Sequence record: MZ477002.1
DNA: 64,000 bases
Direction: 5' to 3' (one strand)
Origin: Acinetobacter phage Phab24
Shown here: piece by piece, positions 10,613 through 20,988 of the stretch
Numbering within the stretch: position 1 is the stretch's first letter
Layout of the letters: each line of letters starts with the position of its first letter
Position numbers and translations under genes: made by a program
The notes under the pieces: model-generated
Databases searched by the model: none
Told to the model about the DNA's origin: nothing
Seen by the model: only the letters and a program-made list of their open reading frames with translations

Positions 10613-11010
10613 TAATTAATAACTCCGACTTCACCTTCAATTCTAGGTCTCTGACTTGTATCAAGTTTGACAGCAATTGCTTCACAATGTTGACCAAAGT
10701 TACCGTAAGGCATCACAGCTTTAACTTCCCACTGAGCACCGTTGTATTGAATGATGTCTGGTTCTAAAGGGTTTTCACCATGTCCAGCTTCATATAACCA
10801 GTCATTACTACTTATCCAAATAGAGCGCTTATCTCTATCACCACTAGGAAGTAATTGTGTTTGTGTAAAGCTCCATGCAGGTTGTATATTTGCTTTTATC
10901 TCTACAATCTTTCTTGCTGCTGGAACCCATTCACCATCTACATGATCTCCACCGCCAACATCTCTTAGAACAATATGAATTCTTTTCCCTAAGTTGGTAA
11001 TACTACTCAT
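10612..11010 (-). CDS. Head-tail joining protein (hypothetical)
   Basis: 132-aa ORF, translationally coupled to its neighbours. Confidence 0.45.
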   Translation of the reverse strand: MSSITNLGKRIHIVLRDVGGGDHVDGEWVPAARKIVEIKANIQPAWSFTQTQLLPSGDRDKRSIWISSNDWLYEAGHGENPLEPDIIQYNGAQWEVKAVMPYGNFGQHCEAIAVKLDTSQRPRIEGEVGVIN

Positions 11011-11606
11011 GATGATCTCCTTGATTTAACTGCTTGCCAAAAACTTTTATAATCATCAATCTTGACATCATGTTGTTTTACGTTGTCTATATTTTGATAA
11101 AAAACCTTAGCTTTAAACGAGTTGAGCATGACTCCTGTATCATCTAACTGGAAGTCATGCCCTTTAATTCGAATGGTGATTGGTGATAATTTTTTATATT
11201 GTTGACGACTGACAGTAGAATGATAAGTGTATTCAATCTCATTAGCTAAGTTTAGTAATTGCTGATCATCTACAACACCTTCAGTAACACCTTTTAAAAA
11301 CCATCGTATATCATCATTAAAACGATATTTAACTTGGTTAATAAGCTGTCTAAAATAAGGTCTTGCGACAAAACGCTCTGTACCAAACTCTTGCCAAAAA
11401 GCAACTTGTGCAACATACAAAGAAGGTTTGTTCTTCGCTGCTGGATATCTCTTTTTCTCTAACCAACCAAATCTGATTTGTCTGTTGTGAGCTTTCTTGC
11501 AAGCTTTAATTAGGTTTTTAAATCCAGTTAAATCTTCTGTTATCTGTAAATCAACATCAACACCTTGAGCTAATTGTCTAATTCTAGCACTACTCATTTT
11601 AGCCAT
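11007..11606 (-). CDS. Head-tail connector region protein
   Basis: 199-aa ORF in the neck region of the operon. Confidence 0.45.
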   Translation of the reverse strand: MAKMSSARIRQLAQGVDVDLQITEDLTGFKNLIKACKKAHNRQIRFGWLEKKRYPAAKNKPSLYVAQVAFWQEFGTERFVARPYFRQLINQVKYRFNDDIRWFLKGVTEGVVDDQQLLNLANEIEYTYHSTVSRQQYKKLSPITIRIKGHDFQLDDTGVMLNSFKAKVFYQNIDNVKQHDVKIDDYKSFWQAVKSRRSS

Positions 11607-11617
11607 AGTAACACCCT

Positions 11618-12103
11618 CTATTCATAAAGGTATTTACAAGCTGTTTCTTCAGGCTCAACCACTGTATTTAAGAAAAAGTTACGCTTATATTTCCAGTCAG
11701 GCATCTTAAAGCCTTGACCACGATAGAAATAACTGTCAATCAAATCTAAGCGATTTTCATATTCAGCAACAGTTTCTCTAACAACTCCACCAACATAAAC
11801 TTTAGGAATATTACCTGTGAGCATTGGGTTGGTAACTTTATCTTTAAGCCATTCACGATAGTTTGTATAGCGTTCACCAAGATAGGCTTCTTCTTGACCA
11901 ACACGTTGTCTAAAACCTTCCTTAGCAAATACAGCTAGAATAGCCATACCAAGTTTCTTTCTTAAAAGTGTAGGTGAATTTCCGTAGGTGTTAATAAAGT
12001 ATTGATAACTTTGATCAGAAAGAACATAATCATATTCATCTGTATCACCAAACTCAAGACGTAGAGCGTCAATGGGATTATTTATTGGGTCTAAATCTGC
12101 CAT
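11618..12103 (-). CDS. Head-tail adaptor-like protein
   Basis: 161-aa ORF immediately downstream of the major capsid gene. Confidence 0.4.
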   Translation of the reverse strand: MADLDPINNPIDALRLEFGDTDEYDYVLSDQSYQYFINTYGNSPTLLRKKLGMAILAVFAKEGFRQRVGQEEAYLGERYTNYREWLKDKVTNPMLTGNIPKVYVGGVVRETVAEYENRLDLIDSYFYRGQGFKMPDWKYKRNFFLNTVVEPEETACKYLYE

Positions 12104-12201
12104 GTATTTTCCTTATAATAATGCGTCTCTACATTGTTTAATAACCTGTTATTAAGTTACTAAAGAATGTAGAGAGCTACGCAATGTAGCTCCCATTCCT
12201 A

Positions 12202-13278
12202 TTACGCTGTAGTCACAGTGATGTCAAGAGACATTTCAGGACGTTGCATAAATGGAATCAAATGAGATTCGATAGTCATATCTGCATGAGTATCGTCAAT
12301 AATACCAGTAGAACGAGCTACCCATTTTTGACCAACTTGGTTGTACGTAGAAGCGTATGGAGCTGGAGTGTACTTAACTTGGTAAAGACCAGAAACACCA
12401 TGAACAATTGTCCAGCCTTTGTTAGCTGCAACAGCATCAACTGCTGTACCATTCCAACGGTAGAATTTTTGTGGATATGTACGGAACACTAAGTTTTCCC
12501 AACGGAATTCACGAGAATAGCCGTATTGACCTTTTTGTTGCATACCAAGACTACCGTTAAGGACAGGTTGGTTAATTGCTGCCATACCCATACCAGTAAA
12601 CGCTAATTGGTAAAGAGTTACAAAGTCAGGGTGGTTGACAATAGCATTAAACGCTGTTTCTCCAAGAATAATCTCAACTTCAGAGATGTTACCGTTGTAG
12701 CCGTTAAGAACTTCTAACTGGTTACGTAAAGCAGTTAATGAACCAATAAGGTCTGCTGTAGGAGCTGCTGTAATCGTTGCTGTTGAACGAACAGTACCAG
12801 TTTGAGCATATTGGTCGATAGCGACAGAACCATCATACGGATTAAGTACAACACCTTGAGTAGCTGTAAGCTTAACGTATTCCATGTTAGCTGCACCAAC
12901 ATTAGCTAGACGAGTAGCTTCTTTAACAAGAGCTTCTTGGAACGAATCAGATTCAAAATTAATACCGCCTGTAACAATACCGATTAAATCTTCAACGTGG
13001 ACACCACCAGTTTCTTTGATGGTTACACCTGACATTGTTACATGCTTCTCTTTTGGTTTTTCAACCGCCATAGCATCACGCTCTGTACGTGAAGTAAGCT
13101 TGGTCATTTTAGTGACACCTTGATCCACAATTTTGTACATGTGTGCTTGAGATAAGATGCCTTGTTCTTCAAATAAACCTGATTGATCAATACGACCATA
13201 CTGAGGATTAATGACTTCTAATACCGAACCAAGATCAATCGTAGTGTTCGGGTTAATAGGGTTACGAATTTGTGCCAT
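12202..13278 (-). CDS. Major capsid protein
   Basis: 358 aa, positioned after the protease/scaffold and decoration genes (lambda C-Nu3-D-E-like order). Confidence 0.65.
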   Translation of the reverse strand: MAQIRNPINPNTTIDLGSVLEVINPQYGRIDQSGLFEEQGILSQAHMYKIVDQGVTKMTKLTSRTERDAMAVEKPKEKHVTMSGVTIKETGGVHVEDLIGIVTGGINFESDSFQEALVKEATRLANVGAANMEYVKLTATQGVVLNPYDGSVAIDQYAQTGTVRSTATITAAPTADLIGSLTALRNQLEVLNGYNGNISEVEIILGETAFNAIVNHPDFVTLYQLAFTGMGMAAINQPVLNGSLGMQQKGQYGYSREFRWENLVFRTYPQKFYRWNGTAVDAVAANKGWTIVHGVSGLYQVKYTPAPYASTYNQVGQKWVARSTGIIDDTHADMTIESHLIPFMQRPEMSLDITVTTA

Positions 13279-13296
13279 GTGTTTTAATTCCTTTTA

Positions 13297-13776
13297 TTAA
13301 GCAGGGGTGTATTGTTGTTCAACCATTTTGAAGCGGTTTTCTTTTGTAAATTTAGCATCTAATGCTGCGATAACGTCAGCAGGAAGTTGGTAATATTGAG
13401 TTGTACCAGCAACTAAGTTACCTTTCTTCAAGATACCGCGACCATCACCTTTAACGATTGCAACACCTAAGCCTGAAGCTGTTTGTGTTAAACGATCAAA
13501 GTCTTGCGCTGTAGCAGGGTTTGTAGGAAGATCACGACCAACCCATACTGCCAAGTCACCGAGAGCTTCAACTGCTGCTGCATCTGCTGGAGCTGCGATA
13601 GGAGTAGCTGTACCTGCTGCATAGTCAACTTCTAAAATTGTACCAACACGAACCACACCGCTTGTAATCGTAATGTTGAATGTTTCACGACCATAACCAA
13701 CGTCTGTGTTTACTTCGTAACCGAATACGTCAGAAGGAACTACAGGGGTTTTAAATAAATTTGTAATAACTGCCAT
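13297..13776 (-). CDS. Head decoration protein (by position)
   Basis: 159-aa Ala/Gly-rich ORF between the protease and the major capsid gene. Confidence 0.5.
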   Translation of the reverse strand: MAVITNLFKTPVVPSDVFGYEVNTDVGYGRETFNITITSGVVRVGTILEVDYAAGTATPIAAPADAAAVEALGDLAVWVGRDLPTNPATAQDFDRLTQTASGLGVAIVKGDGRGILKKGNLVAGTTQYYQLPADVIAALDAKFTKENRFKMVEQQYTPA

Positions 13777-13794
13777 TTGTTTAGATTCCTTTTA

Positions 13795-15231
13795 TTAAGC
13801 AGGTTGCTTTGTCATACGTTTTGCTGTAGCAGCAAGTTTTTCTTCAATAGATAGTTGTGCTGTTGTTGGAGCGCCTTCACCACCCTTCTCTTCTAGTTTT
13901 GCTTGTTTTGATTCTTGTTGTGTAGATAAACCTTTTACAACAATTTCAAAAGCAGAGTCTTCGAGCATTGCTGTAGATTCCAACAGTGAAGCAAGTTGCT
14001 CATTATCTTTACCAATTGCAGCTTCTAACGATGCTTGACGTTTAGCTACTTGTGCAGCTTTCTCTGAAGCTTCTTTCTCAACAACAAGAGCGTCATAGCT
14101 TTCTTGTAATGTTGCTAATTGTGTTTCTAACCCTTCTTTAGCAGCAGTTACTTCACTTAGTTGAGCTGTTACTTGTTCGTTTGATGCAACAACGTCTGCT
14201 AACTGAGTTGTTAATGTTGAAACTTCTGCTTGTAACGATTCAACTGTTACTTGTTTTTGTTCTGACATATTGTCCTCTTTAATGTTAAAAGTAGTAGTAG
14301 AAGTTGTTGATCGACTTACGCTTGATGAAACATAATTCTCAAACTCTTCTAATTCCATGATCTTATCGACTAAGCCAATTTTTAAAGCTTCTGGAGCATC
14401 ATAAACTCTAGCTTGTGTATCAATAATCTCTTGTTTAGATAGACCACGTAAATCTGAAACTGCTGTAACAAACTTTTCGTAAGTCTTTTGAACACCGCTT
14501 TGAATACGGTTAATAAATTCTTCTTGGAAGTTGCCATCTTTATCGAATGGAACTTTGTGATCACCAGCAGTAATAAATGTTCTTTCATACCCTTCTTGTT
14601 GTAGGTGTTTAGAAGGGTTAATTAGCTGAACCAAAACACCAATACTACCTACATCAGAATCTTCGTTTGCAACAATCTCATGTGCTGCTGAAGCCATCAT
14701 GTAAGCGCCTGATGCTGCCATTCCATCAACATAAGCGTATGTTTTAATTCCTGCTGCGTCTGCCATCTTGCGTAAATCACGACCAGTAGAGAAAGCTGTG
14801 TACGCCTCACCACCTCCACTGTCTATCATGTAAACAATTGATTTAGCACCAAGCTTAATTTGCATAGCCGTTGTTGCTTTAATCTTTTCGTAAGATGTTA
14901 ATTCAACACAACCATTGATCTGACCAGCTTTAGCAACAAGTGTTCCAGAAACATCGATCACACCAATGTCATTATCTGGATTAAGTCCTGCGCGTTGCTT
15001 TAATTTTTTAAGCTGTTCTTCCTCATACGAATCAATCCGCTTATCGTAATCAAACTCTGACAATAGAACATCCAAATCACTAATTTCGTGACTTACATTA
15101 AAGAATGTTCTATCGGGGTTTTTTAGATAATTGGTAATCGGTAGAATAGACTCTTCCGTGATTAATAAGGGGTTATTGAATACCTTTTCTTTTAATCTAG
15201 GAAGGTTACGCTTTGCGTTTAGTTTTTTCAC
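13795..15231 (-). CDS. Prohead protease (ClpP/S49 fold) fused to a C-terminal coiled-coil scaffold domain
   Basis: Central IDSGGGEAYTAFSTGRDLRKMADAAGIKTYAYVDGMAASGAYMMASAAHEIV resembles the SppA/ClpP-family serine protease core. The C-terminal 150 aa form a Q/E/A-rich coiled coil typical of scaffold proteins. Confidence 0.75.
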   Translation of the reverse strand: MKKLNAKRNLPRLKEKVFNNPLLITEESILPITNYLKNPDRTFFNVSHEISDLDVLLSEFDYDKRIDSYEEEQLKKLKQRAGLNPDNDIGVIDVSGTLVAKAGQINGCVELTSYEKIKATTAMQIKLGAKSIVYMIDSGGGEAYTAFSTGRDLRKMADAAGIKTYAYVDGMAASGAYMMASAAHEIVANEDSDVGSIGVLVQLINPSKHLQQEGYERTFITAGDHKVPFDKDGNFQEEFINRIQSGVQKTYEKFVTAVSDLRGLSKQEIIDTQARVYDAPEALKIGLVDKIMELEEFENYVSSSVSRSTTSTTTFNIKEDNMSEQKQVTVESLQAEVSTLTTQLADVVASNEQVTAQLSEVTAAKEGLETQLATLQESYDALVVEKEASEKAAQVAKRQASLEAAIGKDNEQLASLLESTAMLEDSAFEIVVKGLSTQQESKQAKLEEKGGEGAPTTAQLSIEEKLAATAKRMTKQPA

Positions 15232-15241
15232 TAATAACCTC

Positions 15242-16723
15242 TTATTTATTACTTAAATTATTTGCTGAAGTGTCTGTTTCACTAACTGAATTTCCTTGAC
15301 CATTTAAACCACCAGTATCACTTTCGTATCCTGACGCTGATTTTGAATCATCTTTATCTTCCACACCAAGAATCTTATCTAACTCTTCTTGAGTTAAGTT
15401 TTCATCTAAACGTTCAGGTAATCCAAGTTTCTCAGCAATGTAGTTGATGTTCTTAGGAGTTACAGCAATCAATTTAGTTGCTTTCGTTTGTTGCATTGCT
15501 TTAGCAAAATCTGACATGCTAACTTCTTTTAATGTTCCATATTTGATCTGAGGAGTCTTGGTGTCATCCCAACCATTTAATCTCCATAAATGAGGAATTA
15601 AGTCAGTATTTAAACGAGTAAAGATTTCTCTAATACGACCTTCAACCAACATAATCATCAAAGATGTCTTTGCAGTATCAATCTCATTCTCATCTTTCAA
15701 CCAGTCAGCAGATAAACACTGAAGAATCTCATCAGTTAATCGTTTGATTGTTTGTTGAATTGCTGTAATGTTTGATGACGATGCAGACATTAATTGGAAG
15801 TCATAAAGCTTACCGCCAGCACTAGATTCACCTTCTCGGTCACTTGGAAGCATCAACGATGTTTGTTGACCAACAGAAATTTTGCTGATACCATCACGTA
15901 AGACTTTAAATACTTCACTTGCTGGGTCTTCTGGATCATCAACCATATGCTCTGCTGGCATCCATAAAACAGGTAAACCATTTAAGTTTTTAGATGATGC
16001 GATGTTCTCAAGGTCTTTATACTTAATTAATTCTACCCAAACATCATACACATGAGCTAAAGGAGAAACACTTATTGCAGCACCAGTAGTTGCTTCAGCA
16101 TTAAATAGTAAGAAATCTTCTCGTGGAATACGTTTTAAATTTCCATTAATGAATGTAGATAAAGCAGACTGACTTACATTCTTTGTATTAACTGCTTGCT
16201 TGATAGCAACCAATTCTCTTCCCATATCGTCATATTCAAATTCTTCAATAGAATATTGTGGTCTGATAGGAAGTCTCTTAATACCTACTTTACCATCATC
16301 ATACTTACTACCATTCTTCAATCTTCGTACTCTGAACACCTTCTCGTGAATACTAAATCCATATTTATTCATGGACAATGCTTCACGGATAAGATCATCA
16401 AAAGTATGTGTCATGTCGTTTTGTGGTCTTGTAATACCTAAACACTCATCTAAGAATTCAGCTCTTTTCTTATGAGTAGCTGACCCATCATAAGGTTCGA
16501 TATAACGTGGTACACGTAATGCAATTAAGTAAATGGCAATAAGTGCTGATGCAATAGTGGAGTTTTTAGCCATCTCATCATAAGTATAAATACTGTATGG
16601 GAAGGTTAATTCTCTTCTTAATCCACCTCGTCTATCTAAACGAAATGAATCATAACGTCCACTATCTGTAGTGCCGACCTCTTTAGGTAAGACAAGTTCT
16701 TTTTTCGTTTTTCTTGTTGCCAT
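15242..16723 (-). CDS. Portal protein
   Basis: 493-aa ORF between the large terminase and the protease, with an acidic C-terminus. Confidence 0.65.
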   Translation of the reverse strand: MATRKTKKELVLPKEVGTTDSGRYDSFRLDRRGGLRRELTFPYSIYTYDEMAKNSTIASALIAIYLIALRVPRYIEPYDGSATHKKRAEFLDECLGITRPQNDMTHTFDDLIREALSMNKYGFSIHEKVFRVRRLKNGSKYDDGKVGIKRLPIRPQYSIEEFEYDDMGRELVAIKQAVNTKNVSQSALSTFINGNLKRIPREDFLLFNAEATTGAAISVSPLAHVYDVWVELIKYKDLENIASSKNLNGLPVLWMPAEHMVDDPEDPASEVFKVLRDGISKISVGQQTSLMLPSDREGESSAGGKLYDFQLMSASSSNITAIQQTIKRLTDEILQCLSADWLKDENEIDTAKTSLMIMLVEGRIREIFTRLNTDLIPHLWRLNGWDDTKTPQIKYGTLKEVSMSDFAKAMQQTKATKLIAVTPKNINYIAEKLGLPERLDENLTQEELDKILGVEDKDDSKSASGYESDTGGLNGQGNSVSETDTSANNLSNK

Positions 16724-16732
16724 GTCTCCCTC

Positions 16733-18262
16733 TTATGACATCTTTAATAGTTTTGCATTTACTTGTGGAAGTTCTTTCTTGGTAGCTAGAATATTGAAGC
16801 AAGCAGAAACACTATCGACCTGATCATCCTTTTTCTGCCCACTACTTCTCTTATTATCAAAAGATTCGAGTTCGTTGAATAAGTCTAAATTCCATGTATT
16901 ATCTTTAACAACTTCAACAAGACCATTCTCTGACGATGCTGCAAAAGGTTCGAAGTTAGACAACTTTCCTTTACTACTACTTGTCTTGTAAAAATAAATT
17001 GGTGTTTGTTGTTCAGCAAATAATTTTGACCAATATTTTCTAGCTAATTGACCAGCAGAAGCAGGGTCTTGTGGTAAGTAAGCTTTATACTTAGAACCGT
17101 AAAGTTCTCTGTCTTTCTTGACAATATCTCTCACAGCATATTCAACTTCACCAGCTCGTTTTCTAAATCTCTCTACATGCTCAATAATATATCTACCATC
17201 TTTTGTCTTAGCCATTAAGACACCAACTGTGTAGTCTGGATTAGGATAAGATTCACTAGGAACTGAAGATGCTAAGTCAAAACAACGCACACGACTGTCA
17301 ATAATACTCTCTGGAACACTGTTAATTAAAGGAGTCCATTCTCTTTTAAAATAACCACCATCTTCTTCACGAGCAAACCATGATCCAAATAGCATCCTTT
17401 CTTTTTCTACACGACTCAAGTTTTGGAGTTTTTGAATATAGGCTGGATCGGCTTGCAATAACGGTGGATTGTCATAACACGTAGCACCAATAAATTGAAA
17501 TTTCATTGGTTGACATAAAGACTTACCTGTTATTGGATGATTCCCATAAAGGTGTTTATATTCATTAAAAAGTTCTTCGTAGGTATTTGCCCATTTATAA
17601 TCATTTCCTATTTTTAGGAAATACCTGTAATCTCCATTTCGCTCAGGTATTGGTCTACCACCAACATTTACACCATCAATGATTGTGTTTTCTGGATATA
17701 AATAATAATCCCTAATCCAATCTAGGATAAAAGAATCTGGATCAGGGTTACACGTCAACCAAATACTAGGTTTCATTGGAGTCCCATCTAGTTCCTTAGA
17801 TAATGTACGCAAACCTTGAATAATCCATTCAACTTCATCTAAAGATAGATGCGTAGCTTCATCCACCATTGCTGCTGAAATTTGCTTACCTTGAAGAGCG
17901 TTCTTACCAGCTTGACCATCTAAACCAATGAAGTTGAAGTTTGCTCCGTGTCGTCTTTTATCACCACTCGGATGAGGAAACTTAATTTGCATCGGTTGTC
18001 GAGTAAATTGAACTCTCGAATCATACCTTGTAAACATGTTCACAGCTTCGTCAAAAGCACCACCACCACCTTTTAAGTCTGTGGCGTTTTTACGGATAAC
18101 ATAAGCGTTGAAGTTTGGGTCATGTGTCCATCTAAGGAATCTCATGAGAGAGGTGAAAGTTTTCCCACTACCTCTCGCTCCACCATAAACGATAACATCA
18201 GCGTCAGATGTTACAAACATTTCTTGTTTTTTACTGGCTGGTCTTAGGATAAAATCTTCCAA
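16733..18262 (-). CDS. terL: Terminase large subunit
   Basis: Walker A VIVYGGARGSGKTF near the N-terminus, 509 aa, immediately upstream of the portal. Confidence 0.85.
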   Translation of the reverse strand: MEDFILRPASKKQEMFVTSDADVIVYGGARGSGKTFTSLMRFLRWTHDPNFNAYVIRKNATDLKGGGGAFDEAVNMFTRYDSRVQFTRQPMQIKFPHPSGDKRRHGANFNFIGLDGQAGKNALQGKQISAAMVDEATHLSLDEVEWIIQGLRTLSKELDGTPMKPSIWLTCNPDPDSFILDWIRDYYLYPENTIIDGVNVGGRPIPERNGDYRYFLKIGNDYKWANTYEELFNEYKHLYGNHPITGKSLCQPMKFQFIGATCYDNPPLLQADPAYIQKLQNLSRVEKERMLFGSWFAREEDGGYFKREWTPLINSVPESIIDSRVRCFDLASSVPSESYPNPDYTVGVLMAKTKDGRYIIEHVERFRKRAGEVEYAVRDIVKKDRELYGSKYKAYLPQDPASAGQLARKYWSKLFAEQQTPIYFYKTSSSKGKLSNFEPFAASSENGLVEVVKDNTWNLDLFNELESFDNKRSSGQKKDDQVDSVSACFNILATKKELPQVNAKLLKMS

Positions 18263-18272
18263 TTAACCCTCC

Positions 18273-18626
18273 TCAACTGAAGTTTTCTTCATCACTCATA
18301 AAAGGACTGAACTTAGGTGCAGCTAGTGGTCTAGCATCTTCTAATAATTGTTCACCTTCGCGTTGATCCAAATCGTTTTGTACAGAAAGAGTTTTTAATT
18401 TTGATTGTTTTAAAGCTTCTTTATTAAATTCATCACGAATGATCTTATCATCCAATTTAAGAAACAACCCTAAATAATCATTTGCTAATTTAATTTTATC
18501 TTTTGCACTAATTTCTTTCGACACCAAGCCATCACGTAAAATTTGAATAGCTAACTCGACATCAGAATTCATTTTTGCTTTAATAACTTTCGCATCAAAA
18601 ACTTTATCGAAATTTCTTGCTGCCAT
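18273..18626 (-). CDS. Putative terminase small subunit
   Basis: Small ORF directly upstream of terL. Likely start is ATG at 18626 (MAARNFDK) after GAGGAA. The ORF-track start at 18650 is an upstream in-frame alternative. Confidence 0.4.
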   Translation of the reverse strand: MAARNFDKVFDAKVIKAKMNSDVELAIQILRDGLVSKEISAKDKIKLANDYLGLFLKLDDKIIRDEFNKEALKQSKLKTLSVQNDLDQREGEQLLEDARPLAAPKFSPFMSDEENFS

Positions 18627-18662
18627 ATATTCCTCGACAATAAAAAACAAAAAACCATGTAA

Positions 18663-19025
18663 TCAAAAGAAGACATGGTTTCCGATTTTACATTTTAATG
18701 TTTTCCCAAAGCGAACACCTAATCGTTGGTGGTTGAAGTATAAACTTCCTTTGGTATAATTTGTTTTCTTTGTAGAAAAGTTCTTCGCTACTTTCAGCGA
18801 TTCATCCCAAGCCTTATTTTCATGCTTAGGCGGTTTTAAAGATTGTGAACCTTTATACCAAGAAAACTGCCCTCTTTGTTTAACTACACCACAATATGAA
18901 TCAGGATAATCATTATGATTACTCCTATTGTGAATAACTTCTGCAACAGCATACTGTCCTTTAGTTGGTTCACCTTTCGACTCATTATATATAGCAATAG
19001 CTAAACATAATATAGCTTCTGTCAT
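18663..19025 (-). CDS. SleB/CwlJ-family cell wall hydrolase (candidate endolysin)
   Basis: The stretch ILCLAIAIYNESKGEP..GQYAVAEVIHNR..QFSW matches the Hydrolase_2 (SleB) signature. First gene of the late operon. Confidence 0.65.
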   Translation of the reverse strand: MTEAILCLAIAIYNESKGEPTKGQYAVAEVIHNRSNHNDYPDSYCGVVKQRGQFSWYKGSQSLKPPKHENKAWDESLKVAKNFSTKKTNYTKGSLYFNHQRLGVRFGKTLKCKIGNHVFF

Positions 19026-19678
19026 ATATCACCTTAACATTGGAGCGGAGTCACATGGATTCAAACCACTCTCTATCCACAAACTTAACTAGTCGCTTGC
19101 TTCAATACACCAATCAGGTCTCCGCATAAACTTAGATGAAGTAAATAGCTGCACAACGTCTAGTTCTCACTTAGGTTGGACTCGAACCAACAAGGGATAT
19201 TTAAACACCACTCCAACTAGAAGGAGGCAAGATTAGCTTTTTCATCTTACGTGACTATATTTTCAAGTCTGTGTATACCTATTCCACCACTACTTGAGAC
19301 TATTCACTTCTCTAAATTTACTAATATAATTCATGGACACTTGAAAATTTATTAAGAGCCACTACAATTAATTGTATCACATTCGCTCACATGGTAGTGA
19401 TACCTCTACACGTTTCGTACCCACCGTAATCTGATCATGGGTGAAATTATTATCTGTATTAACAGATGGAATGTTCAAAGATAAAGTATTAAAAATACAC
19501 CACTCTTCTACGGAGAGTCTTTATTATTATTGTTAGTAGAATAAAAGAGTGGTGTTGGAGGAAAAGGAATTATTATAATTTATTGTTATATTGTTCTTCT
19601 TGCTTTATGTTTGTACTATAACACCGCTTTGAAATCAATGTCAAGTATTTTTACAAAACTTTACAATATAAATAGCAA

Positions 19679-20383
19679 TTAATGATAAGATATTGTGTCC
19701 ATTGCTTCACAAGACACTAAAGTTGACTTGTACACATCACAAAAAAAGTTAACTAAGTTTTTATCAACACAAATATTGTTGTTTATATCGACATATTCAA
19801 AAAAGAAACAAGAGTTAACAAAAAACAAATCTTTATTCTTGATACTTTGTATGTAGTCCACTGGTAAAGACGACATATCAGAAATAAGTTTACTTCGATA
19901 TTTCTTATGACACAATAAAGCAATAAGATTGTCTTCCTCTTCTTTCACTTCGTAGTCACTAATAAATCTTGTTTGTTTATTGTAATATGTTTCACTAGGA
20001 AGTCGTATTTTTTTATTGTATTCAGGTGAGAACTTCTTAATTAGAAAATCGACATAGAACAAACAGTCAGCTTCAACACTAAATCTAGTTAACTTGTAGT
20101 GTTTTAAGTCCTCTGTTGTGCCACACTTAACCATATTCCTAAATTGTTTAACAGGAGAGTCTTTAGTGTAATGAATTTTCTCTGTTCCTTTTAGCCCGTA
20201 ATGAACATAAAGAATCTTATTGTTTTTATAAAACAGATAAACATAAAACAATCTGTCTTCTCTAACATATTCAGTATTGGATTGGTAGTAAGCATCTTGT
20301 ATTGTTAACTTACCTTGATTACTATGGAACATCTCCATAATGTCATCATGATATTTCATATTTCTCCTATTACGTATTGACAC
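19679..20383 (-). CDS. Hypothetical protein with a weak GIY-YIG-like motif
   Basis: 234-aa ORF. FYVYLFYKNNKILYVHYG resembles a degenerate GIY-(10-11)-YIG motif. Isolated between the tRNA-like region and the early promoter. Confidence 0.35.
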   Translation of the reverse strand: MSIRNRRNMKYHDDIMEMFHSNQGKLTIQDAYYQSNTEYVREDRLFYVYLFYKNNKILYVHYGLKGTEKIHYTKDSPVKQFRNMVKCGTTEDLKHYKLTRFSVEADCLFYVDFLIKKFSPEYNKKIRLPSETYYNKQTRFISDYEVKEEEDNLIALLCHKKYRSKLISDMSSLPVDYIQSIKNKDLFFVNSCFFFEYVDINNNICVDKNLVNFFCDVYKSTLVSCEAMDTISYH

Positions 20384-20615
20384 GTATTATTATATATTGT
20401 TATTATTCTATTACCAATATGTATTTCGTTTCACTCATACATATCGTTACTAATCTAAAGATTAGACACTAATGCTATTTACTTATTATACGCTATCGCT
20501 TAAAAAGAAAGTAACCAAAGAAAAATTCACTATATACTTGTCAATACCCTATGTCAATAGTTTTTACAAAACAATAACAATTTAATCTATTAATTGTTAT
20601 GAATTGTTAATTAAC

Positions 20616-20644
20616 TTGACATTGATATTTTTACTATGGTATAA
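20616..20644 (+). promoter_or_regulatory. Sigma70-like early promoter
   Basis: TTGACA, 17-nt spacer, GTATAA, about 35 nt upstream of the first plus-strand gene. Confidence 0.6.
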
Positions 20645-20679
20645 GTAATACTCATTTATATATAAAGGAAAATAAAACA

Positions 20680-20988
20680 ATGTCAAACGTAGAAACAAAG
20701 CGAATCCGACACACTAAGTATGTTCAATTTATGTTAGAAGTTGAAGAGCTTATTCGTAATGGTTGGAGTTTCGTTCCTGCTGGTAGTACAAACTTTGGTG
20801 TTCAATTAGTTGCAAACTTTCAACGATCAGTGAAACAAGAAGTAAAACCCGAAGAAGTTAAGGGTGAATTTAAGAGTGAGTTAAAACCTGAAACTACTAC
20901 TACTGATCAAGAAGTTTCTGAAAAAGCAACACCTGTAAAAACTCAAGTTAAATCTAGCGCTAAAAAAGCAGTAACTAAGGATGTGTGA
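20680..20988 (+). CDS. Early protein with a Lys-rich C-terminus
   Basis: 102-aa ORF downstream of the promoter with RBS AAGGAAAA. The C-terminal tail is K/E/T-rich. Confidence 0.6.
   Translation: MSNVETKRIRHTKYVQFMLEVEELIRNGWSFVPAGSTNFGVQLVANFQRSVKQEVKPEEVKGEFKSELKPETTTTDQEVSEKATPVKTQVKSSAKKAVTKDV

Noticed and set aside
10751-16441. Antisense or embedded ORFs 10751..10945, 11746..11928, 12244..12492, 12884..13123, 14382..14588 and 16196..16441
   Set aside because: Overlap well-supported structural genes on the opposite strand or in another frame without independent signals.
19150-19250. Second tRNA candidate suggested by a GTTGG-TTCGAGT-CCAAC T-arm-like hairpin on the minus strand
   Set aside because: No 5' acceptor strand complementary to the 3' side (CTAAGTG) could be found at the expected distance, and no anticodon stem could be formed. 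Treated as a simple hairpin.
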